Assembly (NCBI RefSeq): GCF_037042905.1
Contig: NC_087245.1
Location: forward strand, 13,580,001-13,644,000
Reading direction: 5' to 3'
Length of the DNA stretch: 64,000 nt
Source: Lytechinus pictus
Taxonomy: Eukaryota
Position numbers and translations under genes: made by a program. The notes below the pieces were generated by a model that made no database searches, was not told the origin of the DNA, and worked only from the letters and a program-made list of their open reading frames with translations. Every line of letters begins with the position of its first letter. The first letter of the stretch is position 1. Shown here piece by piece: positions 13,288 to 27,400 of the stretch.

Positions 13288-14304
13288 CTCTTTCGTTTCC
13301 ATTTATCACTAACTTTTCAAGCAATCCTTTTCAGGATATTAACATAGTGAAACCTAAACCTCGTCTTGAATAGAAATATGTTTGTATTCGCCAGGAGTCA
13401 GGAGATGTTGTCAGATATTTATGACTCGACGTTTGTTTGAATATTACCTTTCCTCTAAATGCACTTAAAAGCCCAATGAGCCTTCCTTTTTTTTTTTTTT
13501 TTTAAATACGGGATAAAAAAACCTGCTTTCAGCCGCAAAGCTGTTTTTCAGCAAGTCCGTACATAAAAGTTGAAAGACATAAAACAATAAATTCCAGTGA
13601 CGTATTAAAACAAAGTCTAACGGGTTACCCCACTCTGACTGAAGTAAGATTTATTTCATTAGTATAATTATAAAGAATAGAATTGAAGCGGTAAGTTTAC
13701 ATGCACAATCTGATATTAACAACATCTAAACATTACATTATCTTGATTTGCGAAACGAAACAAACGAATCGGAATAACGAAGTTCAAAACTACTTTTATT
13801 TTGTATTTCATGAAGGTAAAGCATGTGATATGTTTTTGCTCCTCTTACTCATAGAGTGTGCAAATTAAATGCTAAATTGTAAATCATTTTGAAACAAGAC
13901 AATAGTATATTCTTACAATTATTTTTATTCATAAATTGTGATATTTTGGTGATAAAAGTGCCTCACTTCGCCTCGATCATTTGCATATGAATTGTTTAAA
14001 GAGAGAATACAAACTTGAACAGCTACTCTGATATAAAGCCAAGGATCATTTTGAGCCCTAAGTTCCGATAAAGCATTGTTTGCATGCATTGTGTAATTCT
14101 TCATCAAATTTAGCAGATTTATTATTTTCTCCCTTTCTGTTATTTTACGTTGTAATACTCTCTGTCATCTATAACCGTGCTTTAAATTAAGGTAAGTCTT
14201 TTAAGAATGATGTAAACATAGCCTAGTTAGCTAGACCCTTCACCGTTTAAAGAATGGGCTAAAACGGTTTCCTTCAAGTATGAAAGTATATGATGCAATG
14301 TCTC

Positions 14305-17300
14305 TCAAAGAGACGTATTCTTGTTCATAGCCGCCAGTATTTTCTCCTTGTTGGCTTTTACAAACCCTTCAAAGTCGATGGTATCTGGATCAAGTTTCTT
14401 GGTTTTATCAACGCTGTAGCATGGATGGTCGGTTTGCAGGAACTCAAACATGGCGGCAAAATCATCCGCTCCAGGAATTGGCAGCTTAGAAAAATCTTCT
14501 GGTGTCATCTGTTTTGAATGATGCAAAATAGAGGGAGCAACCAAAGACAATCATGTTCATAAAGTTAATAACTCCTTATGCATCATCATCATTTTCATTA
14601 GTGGCGTAATAGTCCACAAATGAGGGAACTGAATTTTTGTTACGGTGCATTATTTCTGAAAAAATGCGAGAGAGGGGCGATCAACAAGAATTCGGCAGGT
14701 AACAGGAAAAAAATCAACATTATTAAGGAAATTGTGATGGCCAAATATGAGAGCGAAATTCTAAATTTAACTTTTCAATTATCTGACTTACCTTTTAGCA
14801 CTTATCAGACGCTGTCAGTCGTGGCATTTAAAAAATCATTTTTCGAATGAGACCCAAATGTAAATTAACCAATCAACTAAAGATCAACTAATCAACTATA
14901 AACGTTAAACATCTAAAAAAAAATGGAATATTCCATCAGAAAGAAAAAAATTGTGTGGCAAAAATGTTCTTAAAGAAATGCTTATAATGGTAATAAGAGG
15001 CTTTTAAAAATACAGACAGTTGATAAGGTACTGAAATATTTGCAATGTCACAATAAAATGCATAAAATTCGCTGAATGAAATGCTATCGAGTCACACACA
15101 GCCTTACAATGACAAACTCAATCAATATATCTACATTCTTTTTGTTTTAATAGTGTCACGGAAAAAAATATCGGAAATAATCAATGATTTAGAGCGATTT
15201 GTATTTTTGATTACCATTAACATAATCAAAGGGGGAGTCTCACATAGTGCGAATGTTTGCAAATGTAAGGAATTTGGAATTTTGCCAGTACTTGAAATTA
15301 TCATTAAATGTTCGTAAAAGGTTGCAAGAGAAGTTCCTAGACAGTTCTTTTTCATGTTTGTGATTTGCGAATACTGGCGGTCCGCCGAAAATATATCATG
15401 TATACTGTATCGAGCGTCTCCGAACATAATGATAAATAATTTTCGTTCAAGAAAGTTCGTATTGCAACAAACATCAAAAGAAAATAAAAGTTGGAGAATC
15501 TCAAACATCGCTAGAAAAAAAGTTGCAAACATTCACTGGTCAGTGATCCAGATACGCCCATAACGACTGATAATGTATCGTTTGAAATAAAGCTGTAGTT
15601 TTTATCGGTTTTGTTACTGTGATTGTCATATTGCCTTTTTAACTTATGTACGCGGTTTGAATAAATCAGGTGGATTCTGGCCTCTTGAGGGAGCGACAAA
15701 ATTTATTATTTCCATTACCTGAGAGGGCGTGACTTTAGCAGGAACAAGATGAGAATTGAGGATATCACAGTATTGCGACAAGGTCCTTTCATCGCCTGCC
15801 AATCCAACACTTTTACCTGCAGAAAATATGATACATACACAGATGATTGATTAATCTTTCTCCCACATATGCAATAGGCTAAATACCCTTTGGTCGATTT
15901 GTGTCCTTAATTGGGAAACCATAATACTAGAGTGTCTCCACATGCCCTAAGCTCTAAGAGCACTTGAACATTTGGAGACAGTTTCATATTCCATAAAGCA
16001 TATAGGACACACATATAATGGTGTGGACATCTATCGACGATTGCCTTGACAGGTTTGTCCCACATGCCGTAAGCGTTGCGTAAATACCTCAGTCACATTT
16101 GCTCTATGGCGGCCATATATACGGCAAGTCGAAAACAGCCGTTTTATCCATATGTATTCAAACCACCTATATGTGGCTATAACAACAAATGTTAAAACGA
16201 CTGTTTTCGACTCGCCAATACGGCCGCCATAGAGCAAATGTGGCTGAGCTAAGCAAGGTAGAAAAGGTTTATGGGGGGGGGGGGGGACAGCAGGCATTGC
16301 CAACAGAGGACCTGTTGACCAATATCTCACTTTCAAGAACAGAGAAAGTCTATTATCAATTGCCCATGACAGTGAGCAACCAAGAAGTAGTTGTTGAAAA
16401 TTAGTGAAATTAGTTTAATATTTAATTCCTGGACTCTGGAAAAATTGACATATTTTCGACTTTTCGTCAGCTCCGAAACTTAGGACGAACTGCTATTCCG
16501 GGTCACCAATTTTCAACAAAGTCCTCCCAGATGTAAATTGTCATTTGACAGGCATTTTCAATACATTTACTGTCTTATAGAATTCGTTCTGCGTGGCGGG
16601 GCGAAAACTGCTAATACTCAAAATAAAGGGAGAGGTTACAGGCAAAATATCATCTTGAACTCTTCCCTAAGAGTCAAAAGAGGAGAGAGGGCTAAAAGGA
16701 AAGAAAAAGAAAGAAAAAGAGGTGATTGTGATTTGATTGAGCTGAAAAAGTAGGTTATCAATAGTCATATTTACCAATATACTCATCAGGATTCTTAAAG
16801 ATGGCTGCCACTGCACGCCCGGCTTCACTGGTATACACCATGTGGACTTTCTTATTTGCCACCGGAATGTCTATATGAATGTTGAATGAAAGACGTTGGG
16901 AAAATCAAATGAATTTAAATATACTGACCATCCACTCTGTTGTCCAATATAAATTGCTATTGATAAAATCGTGAAAGTCAAAGAGGTCGATTAAAGAATT
17001 ACAGTTTTGTGAAGTTTTGTTTCATTTTTGTGATGTCATTTGCAAGCAACACTTACTGTGCAGTTAGCCTATGACATGTATTACAAAATGTAGGCCTATA
17101 TCTTCCCAGAAAATTGAACTCATTACATTTTGCATACAATATTTTCAACACCCCATGTATCCCAGATTCTATGAAGGAGAATAGTTATCATGACCAAAAA
17201 AACAAACGTGCATATCAAGAAATTCATTTTGCAAGGCACGTATAAGCTGATCGCACGCATGGCCCTGACGGAGAAGCGGGGGTGTTGAACCACCCTCGAA

Positions 17301-20300
17301 GATTTGCCTGCGGGTGCCGCGTTTGTATACACCATAGGCAGCACCCCTTGGAAATCAAAAGGTGGTATTTTAACCAAAATCACCTTCATTTTGGAGTAAA
17401 ACCTCCATTTTCGTTCCCAAACCGGCACCCCCTATTAAAAAATCGTTCCCATGGCCCCGCTCGCATGTAGGCAAAAGTTATAGACATGGTGAATTAAAAA
17501 AGATACCAGCTTTGTTATTTTGTATGGATCTTTCCCAAATTGAAGTTGGTCTCTTGTCTCATTACTTCTATCCTTTCTATTATTGAAACCAATTTGAAGC
17601 CATGGTTGACTTCCTCTTCAAGGTTCAATGAAGACCGATATGAGTTCTTTTTCAGAATGATGTCTTTATATCAGGTCTCGAATTCAATAGCCTATTCAAT
17701 TGGCTATTGAATTCTAGACCTAATTATTTTGAAAATAATTAATATTCTGTAGTTTATTTTCATTCGTATTTATTTATTTGATTTTATATTTTCCACTCGT
17801 GGGCTGAATGGCCCTCTTCAGCCACAGGCTATTCTTCTGAGGGGTCCAGTACACATACATTTAAAAATACAAACATACAGTACTAAAAAACAAATACATA
17901 TTTAAAAGATGCATTAATCGACAAAAGTAAAACATATAAGTAATCCTAGACGATGCTGAGGTAGGACCTCAACTTCTACAAGTATGAAAAAATGAAAAAA
18001 ATAGTTGGATTGGAGATGATGGGGGAGGGGTAGCATGCAGTAGGGGGGGTAATCATAATAAGTGCTGATCTATGGTGGTACTTAGCTTTTTTCTAAAGGT
18101 AGTAAGAGAAGCTTCAGGACGGATATATGTAGGCTATACTTGTTCCATAACTTTCCGCCTTGAAACAAGAAACGTTTTATGCCATATTCAGTTTTGGGGC
18201 AGTGTATCATAATTTTGCACATGCGTCTTGAATTTACAGATCTTTAATAGTCCCCATTTTAACAAAATGAGCGCACTGCGATTCATATGTCAACTGCGGT
18301 AAAGTATATTTTATCATATTCTCATAGTCGTAAGGTGAGAAATATATTTAGCTAAATGAGAAATCAATTACCTAAATTTGACGTAATCCTCTCATCCTCA
18401 AAATGTTATCGTGATATAGAATATATATGTAAAACTAATCTTAGGGAAAATTAAATAAAAAGGAAGTGGTTTTTTATTTCAGGAGTATTTATGGTGTGCA
18501 TGGGCAGTGTCCAAAACACACGTATGAATATAATTACAGCAGATATATGTAAGTTTATTTATTTCAATTCAATGTGTAAAAAAATTATCATGAAATATTT
18601 GCCTCAAATTATGTAAATTATGCCGAAGATCGTGATGATTTATAACACTGTGTTTGTCATATCGGTTATGCAAACGAATATGTGCAGGGAAAATGTTCGT
18701 TTTTAAATATTGTTTGCAATAGATTAGTCAGCCCACCTTGACCCTTTGAAACATCCACCTAAAGGGCCCTACTTAAAGCAGATACGAACCAATAGGCATC
18801 TCGAGTCCTCAACTACTCATACCTGGCCACTTTCCTGACCCATAATGATAGTGTAGACTAGTAATATAGACCCACTTGAATGATAACATGCTAATTAACT
18901 AATCAATACATTTATACCGCAATAATCATGTTACCAAGTAGCAAAACAATTACTTTTCTTCTCTAAATATTTTAGTATCTCTATCCAAATACAATTACAT
19001 AATTTATTCTCTGTAGTATTAGTAGATATCTGAAAACGTATATTTTCAGACTATGTATTTATGACACACAGTCAATGAAAGACCACACACAGTTCACTCC
19101 CCTTTAAAATCTATAAAACACATAACTCTATTATTCTCTGATTGATTTGAAGAAAGAAACTTTCTTCTTTTTTTAAATAAAAAAACCCAGCTTACAGCCG
19201 AGATTAACTTCATCCAATAAAAATCAAACTTACGCCAAAGATACTCATCACCGTCAACTTTTTGCGGGGTCGACTGGGTTAAGATGTTATCCATGTACAT
19301 GGCATAGCGAACTGAAGAAGCGGGTAGACCTGAGGCAAACATGTATTCTTCTATTTCCGCTTTTCCGTCAAAGTGAGGACATGGCTTCCCAATGGCCTTC
19401 TTGACTGACTGTAGGCCACTAAAGACAAAATGCTTCACGCCTACTTTCCTGGCAACGTCGACCATGTTTTTGCCCTGGATAAACAGATGATTCGAGTTGA
19501 ACATTACATGACGAATTCACTCTGATTTCAAGAAGAAACACATTATGAAGGTTTTATGAAAATGCATCATAGAATAAAGGAATTATAGATTTGTTATTTT
19601 TTTTGACGTCACATTCCATAAAAATCTATTTTATTAGAATATCATTAAATGAAACTAGTCGTGCATTCAATATTACATCAGCCACACTTTTCATACTCTT
19701 CTATGATAACATTGTCATTCATCATGAACATTTCTAAATGTAGATATAGCTTTGTATTGTGCAGCTGTCTGCATGTGACGTCACGGAATAAAAACTTATA
19801 AAACGATCATTACTCTTTTTTCCTGTGATGTATTTTCGTCTAACCTTCATTAATGTTGTTGTTCTGTTTTCAAATTAAAACCAATCTGATTTCAGGATGT
19901 AGGATGGATCCCCCTTAATATAATAAGCGCTTGAATATTACACTGAAATAAAACATTACTTATAAATATGACAAATGCGTTTCCTAAAATAATAACGCTC
20001 AGCAAGACATCGAGATGAATTTCAAACGTCAATATTTATAATTCCATCCAACATGTCCAAAGGATGCTTCAAATCTATTGATTTCATATATAAATCACAG
20101 ATGAAAAAAAAAAGACAGTGATTTTCTCAGATGATGAGAAGTATACAGGCCCTGTTGAATAGTTCATTAGATATTGGCAGGTACCTATAAACATGATGAA
20201 TTTATGTCTTTAGTTCATCCTTGAAGATCCTTAGAAATTTGTACCATATTGTGTAGTTGTGTTGTCCCTTAGAATATGTTATTCAGATGTACTTTTTATC

Positions 20301-21689
20301 GAAATGCACCTCACGTACCATTTCAACTTCTTTTGCCTGGTCCATCAATTCCCAATAGCTTGTCATGGCAAAGACACCGTAACTTCCCGCCATAGCAGGT
20401 TCCAAAGAAGATACATCTTCAGTCGAGGCTTTCACCATTTCAACCCCTATAATAATAATAATCATAGAAATATCTAAATATATGCGCTGCCAAAAAATAT
20501 GGCCATTAACTTGCATGCTTGATTGTGAACAGTTGAAGATGTTCTTATCAGTTCCGAACATTTTTCAAAGTCATGAAATCTTTCAATAATTCTTCAGGTC
20601 TACGAGTTTCTCAATATTTTTTTCAAATGGCAATATCGGGCTACCACAAGGAATGTTCGCAGACTATTTGTAACAATATATCTGTTTTTATTTTATTCCC
20701 ATTATTGAACATTGAATAATAGTTGTTAAAAGTCAGATATTTCGAGGAAATTCGTGTTTTAGGGTCTTATGTCCTTCGAAGTTGTACTTTAATTTTGTTT
20801 TCTATTCGGACCAACTAGGATTAATTCCTCATTTTATACAAGAATATACAAGATACAAAACTCTAATTGCATATACTAATTTTCTACAGTTGGCCTAATG
20901 AATTTATTGGAGAGTAGATTTAGGAAATCAACGTTATCAAATCCATGCTCCTCCTTCTTTCAAGGTTTTCGGTTATATTAATGTTTATATCCACATATAA
21001 ACTATTAAGTAAATGTAGGATATAATAAACAAATATATCAGGCTTTCGCCCCTCGGGAAAAATAGTAATTACCACACCAACCTCTGATAAATAATTATTC
21101 CACTATACTTTCTCAAAGCCTGATATATATGTTCAATGTAGTATATATATGCATTTATGTAGTGAAGTCGTGCAGTATCTCTCTGAAGATGGCGCGAAAG
21201 GTCACTATAATTATATATGATATATTTGTAATGCAAGCGGGTAATGCGGTAAAGTGAACAATGGTGCATTTCGAAGTGCATACAGACATGACTGATGTAA
21301 GTGGAATTTCGATACAAATATTTCGACATAGCCACACTACATCATATATAGAGATGATGAATATAATTTTCTTCCTCATGTTGCAGGCTAGGTTGGAGAT
21401 TCATCTGAACAATTGAAATGACACTAGAAAAGAATGAGAGTAAATGGGACAGCAGTTAATATGGCCACATCCATCATCAACCGCCAGATGCAGCACGATC
21501 TAACTCGTGTCAAAAGTAGCATCGAACACATTACTTCTGTTTACCTTTTTGGGCTAGGGCTCTAGCCTTCTCGCTATCCACATTTCTTGTGATTCCTCGA
21601 ACCTTAAAGTTACTGTCCTGAAGAAGTGCCCTAACCAGAGAACCTCCTTGCGTTCCTGTGGCTCCAAATACGGTGATCAATTTCGCCAT
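14305..21689 (-). CDS. NMRAL1: NmrA-like family protein, paralog B; 6 exons (21689-21545, 20446-20319, 19474-19234, 16870-16775, 15816-15719, 14508-14305), 303 aa
   Basis: The N-terminus MAKLITVFGATGTQGGSLVRALL carries the Rossmann GxxGxxG; VRGITRN, HFDGKAEIEEY and YMDN motifs follow. Canonical splice sites; the spliced CDS is 912 nt and in frame. Confidence 0.93.
16085..16251. mobile_element. Palindromic MITE with ~55-bp TIRs
   Basis: CTCAGTCACATTTGCTCTATGGCGGCC...GTCGAAAACAG pairs with CTGTTTTCGAC...GGCCGCCATAGAGCAAATGTGGCTGAG. Confidence 0.8.
17760..18240 (-). mobile_element. 3' end fragment of a CR1/L2-group LINE
   Basis: - strand translation FQGGKLWN...SLTTFRKKL is typical of the RT C-terminus, followed by a 3' stem-loop and an A-rich tail. 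Confidence 0.6.
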
Positions 21690-21998
21690 TTTGGAAAAAA
21701 TAACACCAAACTCGTCAGATTGCTCACATAATATATGATCCCTGGATCTATATTTTGCAATGACACGGAAACGGTGTACACACAGCTGATGTGTTCAATG
21801 TCATGGGCGGTGGGAAATTTTATTACCAGGCATCCAAGCTCTGATGCACTTCGGATAGTCTCTATTTTCAGACCTTAATATCTACAATTCTCTTATCTGA
21901 ATCAAGGGGTGGATAAAGGATTTTATAATCGAGTACAGAAAATTTATTCAAGAAAACTAGGGTTAAGAAAGAAAGACGTAAAGAAAAATGAGAAATTT

Positions 21999-23212
21999 GA
22001 CGTGTCCTAAGGACACAGATGCCCCGCTTAACGCGATCAGAAATTCATTCTATATGATTGAACTTAATATCGTGCAGAAACCAAAATGCATATATATAAT
22101 GAACAAATTTAGACCATTGACCTAAAGACTCACCCTTTCCATAATAATCTCTGACAGAAGATATGACAGTCAGGTCATTGGATGTGACCTGACTGTATTT
22201 TGGTGTCATCTACCCAGACACCAAACATTTTTTTTAAATATCTGGTGAATATTTCTAAAGTTATCATGCGGAAACCAACTCGCATAAGTTGTGACCTTTG
22301 ACCTGCGGACTCCGAATTCGAACTTAGTCTGTATTTCGGTGTCATCTACCTACACACCCATTTTTTTTAATCTGTTGAATACTCCAGAAGTTATCATGCG
22401 GAAACCAACTCACCTATGTAATGAGCTGCAACCTTTTACCCGAGGACTCCGAATTCAAACTTAACCTGTATAATGGTGTCATCTACCTACATATTTTTTT
22501 GATCCATTAGATATTGATCCATTAGATATTTTTCGAGTTATTGCACGGAAACCAAGGGGGGGGGGGGCGGACGGAAGGCCGGGGCAACGCTTAAAGGGAT
22601 GGTCCGGGCTGAAAATATTTATATCTTAATACATAGAGTAGAATTCACTGAGCAAAATGCCGAAAATTTCATCAAAATCGGATAACAAGTAATAAAGTTA
22701 TTGAAGTTTAAAGTTTAGCAATATTTTGGGAAAACAGTCGTCATGAATATTCATTAGGTGGGTTGATGATGTCACATCTCCACTTTCCGTTTTCTTATGT
22801 TATTACATAAAATCATAATTTTTTCATTATTTCATACTTGTGCGAATAATATATTTCCCTTATAGTGAAATAAGTTGCAGCAATAAATATCTAATGCACT
22901 AAATCAGTTGTCAATCCAATTTTTCTAGTTCTTGGAGGAAAAAAATTGAATAAACCTAATTTCATATAATAAAATACAAAAGAACATGTGGAGATGTGAC
23001 ATCATCAGCCCACCTAATGAATATTCATGACGACTGTTTTCACAAAATATTGCTAAACTTTAAAATTCAATAACTTTGTTATTTGTTATCCGATTTCGAT
23101 GAAATTTTCGGCATTTTGCTCAGTGAATTCTACTCTATTTATTAAGCTATAAATGCTTTCAGCCCGGACCATCCCTTTAATGCCCCATCCGGACTTCGTC
23201 TGCGGGGGCTTA
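21999..23212 (+). mobile_element. Helentron-associated / pearl-like non-autonomous element with ~120-bp tandem core repeats, interrupted by a Kolobok-like MITE
   Basis: 5' hairpin GTGTCC-TAA-GGACAC; subterminal IR TGCCCCG / CGGGGCA; repeated GTGTCATCTACC...GTTATCATGCGGAAACC cores; a GGAC/CGGA microsatellite remnant; 3' GC hairpin at 23182-23209. Confidence 0.6.
22595..23176. mobile_element. Kolobok-like MITE with ~190-bp TIRs
   Basis: TTAA|AGGGATGGTCCGGGCTGAAA ... TTTCAGCCCGGACCATCCCT|TTAA. Confidence 0.9.
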
Positions 23213-23692
23213 ATAAGTTTTCTCTTTTTTTCCACCCCAACTTCGAAAAGGGCTGAGGGTATAATATCACACATCGTTGGATTTAACTTTGGGCCAAAAA
23301 GGGACACATTTCCCCTGTGTCACCCCTCCCCCTTCTGGATCTCCACCTGCCTAAACATAATTATACACACGCGCACTCTAACCTCACCCACGGACAGCCA
23401 CATACAACACCCATCCAGATGAGACCTAAATCTGTAGCCTATACTCTTCGCCAAATATTTTATTTGGCAAAGAAAAGGGAAAATGTATGAAAATCATTTT
23501 AAGCTAGAAAGTCACCTAATAAGTACATTATAGCATCGTCTGAAACTGTTTTGCTAATGATTTATTATTTTGAACTTTTTAAAATTATTTTTATCCAGCA
23601 CGTTTTACTCTACAGAGATATAGCAAATAAACACACAATTAATTATACAGTCGTTCCCACTATCACATGACATTCGGAATAAACAGTATATA

Positions 23693-23695
<3 letters not shown>

Positions 23696-23728
<33 letters not shown>
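23696..23728. repeat. (TA)n microsatellite
   Basis: Seen directly in the sequence. Confidence 0.9.
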
Positions 23729-23733
<5 letters not shown>

Positions 23734-24410
23734 CTCGGTTTTGTATTTTTTCTTCATTTGTTCTTGTTCTATAAATATCGATAAATCTTCGTAGGCTATT
23801 GGGGTGAGGTGGGTTCACATTACACAAGCAAAGTTTGGAATGAACCCCCACCCACACACACATATTTCTACAGTTAGTATTTATTTTTATTTATCCTTTG
23901 TATAACAAAATTGACTACAAAAAATATTCTAAGTTACATCAAATTTCTTGAAAAGTTAAAAATCATATATATCATTGAATATATGTATTGATTTATGGAA
24001 TCAAATTTTACTATATTTTCTGTTTTGAAATGAAGTCGAATTTGAATTGGGAAGCGCTTACTAAATATCTAATTCTAGGAAATAAACTCCGGAAATAACC
24101 ATCTAGTATATTACTTAACAGTGGCATAATGACCCAAACATTTTGAGGGGGCCAGATATGGCGTATCGGGCAAAAATTACGACATTTTTTTACTACAAAA
24201 ATCAAATTTATGAATAGATTTTTTTGGGGGTGGGCAAGTGCCCCAAGCCCCCTTGTCTGACACGAATCTATAATCACGTACCTTGGAATGTACAATACGT
24301 ACAACGAATATTCTAAAAATATAGTATAATATGAAGGTTAGTATGATAAACTTATACACCCATAAACCGAATAAAACAAATAAATAACACACACATAAAC
24401 AAGTTTTATT

Positions 24411-27400
24411 TTATTTCAATACTGCCAATATTTTTTCCTTGTTGTCTTTTACAAAAGCTTGGAAGTCGAAGGTCTTTGAATCAAGTCTCTTTGTCTCCTC
24501 CCTGCTGTAACATGGATGTTCGGTTTGAAAAAATTCAAACATGACGCCCAAATCGTCCGCTGCGGGGAATGGCATCTGGGAAAACTCTTTTGCCGTCATC
24601 TGTTGTTAGAAGAACAAAACAAGATTTTACCTCGATGACAATATAAAATAATTATAATTCAAACAAAAATACATAGGGCCTAATATAGTGAGGGTGTGTG
24701 TGCGGTTGCAGGGTGTGTGTCTAAGTGTGAGTGTAGTTTACTACAAGCGCAAATCCTTATTTAATCTGGGACCGACCTTAAACGTCATCAACGGAACGAA
24801 ATAAAGCATGCCTCTATTTTCTTCTATTCAATTCAATTCATTTAATTTTTCGTTTTCAATACTTCATATTTACAATATCAATTCAATGTTCATGCAGTTT
24901 ATTGACCTGTATCAAACTCCCGACTTCTACGTACGTGGTGACAAACTCTTAAGTCAATAGGAAACTTTATTGAAAACATGACCATGAATGATGACGGAGG
25001 ACAAAGAGAGGACGGAAGACTCGATAAAAATATATCTGCGCATGCTATGTTCTTAATTTCCTTAAGTGCATAGAAATGTTTGTAGAATCTTCCTCCTTCT
25101 TTGCCTTTCGTCTTGCTTTTTGAATATTTCTAGTACCTGGGTTGGCGAAACGTGAACAGATTCTGCTTCAAGAATAGCATTGAGAATATCACAGTATTGT
25201 GACATGGTCTTTCTGTCGCCTGATAATCCAACACTTTTACCTGGAAAGAAATAGTACGTGAAATGATTTGTGCGATTGTGATCATCAATCGATTAATACC
25301 CGGTATGAGATTATATTCCTTTCAGAAGGGAGCCCATACGACCATCATGCATGTTATATAAAACGAGGAACAAAAGTGTGTCATTGTTCACTTGAGTTAT
25401 TCATATAAACTTGATTTTTTATTAGGCATTTTCGTTTTTGATTATCTCATTTGATCCCCAGTTAAAGTGATATCAAATCATACTCTCTGCCCATTGAAAC
25501 GGAGCCATGTAAACATTTCTTCTTTGAGGATAATGAGATTTAAGTAATTCATGCGCTGCGCAAAATGATCTATTTACGTCACATTGCGTCAGTTTCATAT
25601 TTTTATATTATGTAAATGATTGCATCTTTTTTCTTTCTAATTTGATTTTTCTTTTCTTATTGTTTGTCTTATTTTGTTCAGATCTTCCCCAGTTTCTTTC
25701 AGATAACTTTGCTTCATCTTACCGATATACTGATCAGGATTCTTAAAGATAGCCGCTACTGCACGTCCAGCCTCACCGGCATATATCATGTCTACTGCCT
25801 TGTTTTCCATGGGAACATCTGCATAAGTAGTATATAAATTATATAGGGTATAAGTAGTATAGATATTAGGCAATTTTCGCAACCGCTCCGGAAAATGCTT
25901 TTAAGAAAAAGAAAATGTATTGTAAAATAACTTTCATGAGAAAGAGCAACTAAGAACAGCAGTTTCGTCCTTAGGAGCGTTTCATGGAAGGATTTGTCAG
26001 ACGTTCTAACCGACAAGTCCTGTCTGGTCCGGCAGTTATCATGGTAACTGTGCTTCTCAGCCAATCAAAATCAAGGAAAGTTGTCAAAGCTGACATCCTG
26101 TCGGACATATATGTTAATAAAACGCTCACCTGGACTCTGAACAAACGACAAATTTGCAACTTTTCGTCAGCTGCAAAACTAAGGACGCAACCATTTTTCC
26201 GGTTCACTAATTTTCAACAAAGACCTCCCAGCTTTTAATTATCATTATATTGTATATGGAGATTTTCAATACATTTGCCGTGTTCTTGATTCGATCTGCG
26301 TCGCCGTTGCGAAAAATCGCTGAAGTCTCATATCAGTGGCGTACCGTGGGTCACGACATGGGGGAGCAGCAAAAGTTTTGAGTCACTTAGTGAGCGGGAG
26401 AAGCGCGCTCACTTGCCAGATATACCGACCTAATATAGACATTTTAAAGACAGTGCCTTAAACAGATATGTATCTCACTGATCAAAAAATGCAATTTTTT
26501 TATATTCAGACCTAAAAAGGGATATAAGAAGCAAATTTTGTAATCACGATACTTACCTATCTCGCTAAACAAACAATGCGAGCTCCAAACAGGGACATTT
26601 TAAGGACTATATTTTAGGAATCCACAAAGAGTATGTCATATATCATGCACCATAGTCATCTAATGCGAGTGCCAAGCGCTTGCCGACTTTGTTAGAATTA
26701 CATCTAAACACATGAAGCACTTTTTGTAGTTATTGTAATCATAATTATCATACGCATCTCACTAATCAAATATTCAGATCTGAAGAGGGGCTTTCTAAGG
26801 CTTGTTGGTAGGAATTCACTTAGACCATACGTATTTCACTAACCAAATGATGCGATCGCGAAAAAGGAACATTTTAAGGACTGATTTTAGGAACTCATGA
26901 AGAGCAGACATATCTCACCAATCCACGCGAACGTAAGCACGGACAGGAAATGTTTTATATTAAGACCTTAAAATGGGGCAGTCACTTTTATAGTCATGAA
27001 AAAGAAGCATATGCCACTACGTAAAACAATGATAACTCGAAGTGCGAAGAAATATATTTGGTGTTTTTTACTTGAAAACGGGAGGTTTTAGTACAACAGG
27101 ATTATATATCTCGTTAAACAGACAATGCGAGTACCGGGAACAATGAAGACATAGGCCCTGAGCAAATTACATTTCATAAAGTTATGAAAAAAATGTTTCT
27201 AATGTAATATAACATAACAAAATTATAATATAACATTACAATGAACAATAATTTCTTCTTTCCCACTACGTTTCTCTTTTTGTCTCCCTCTTTTTCTCCT
27301 TTCCCCCGTTTTCCCTCCAGCCGATTGGGGAGGGGGGCACGTGCCCCCAAGCCCTTCCCCCCCCCCCGTAGTTACGTCACTGGTCTCATATAGATAAGCA

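Noticed and set aside
16430..16620. Similarity to 26131-26320 as a conserved intronic element of paralogs B and C
   Set aside because: The copies are in non-equivalent introns (intron 4 of B, intron 3 of C), better explained as independent insertions of a dispersed repeat.
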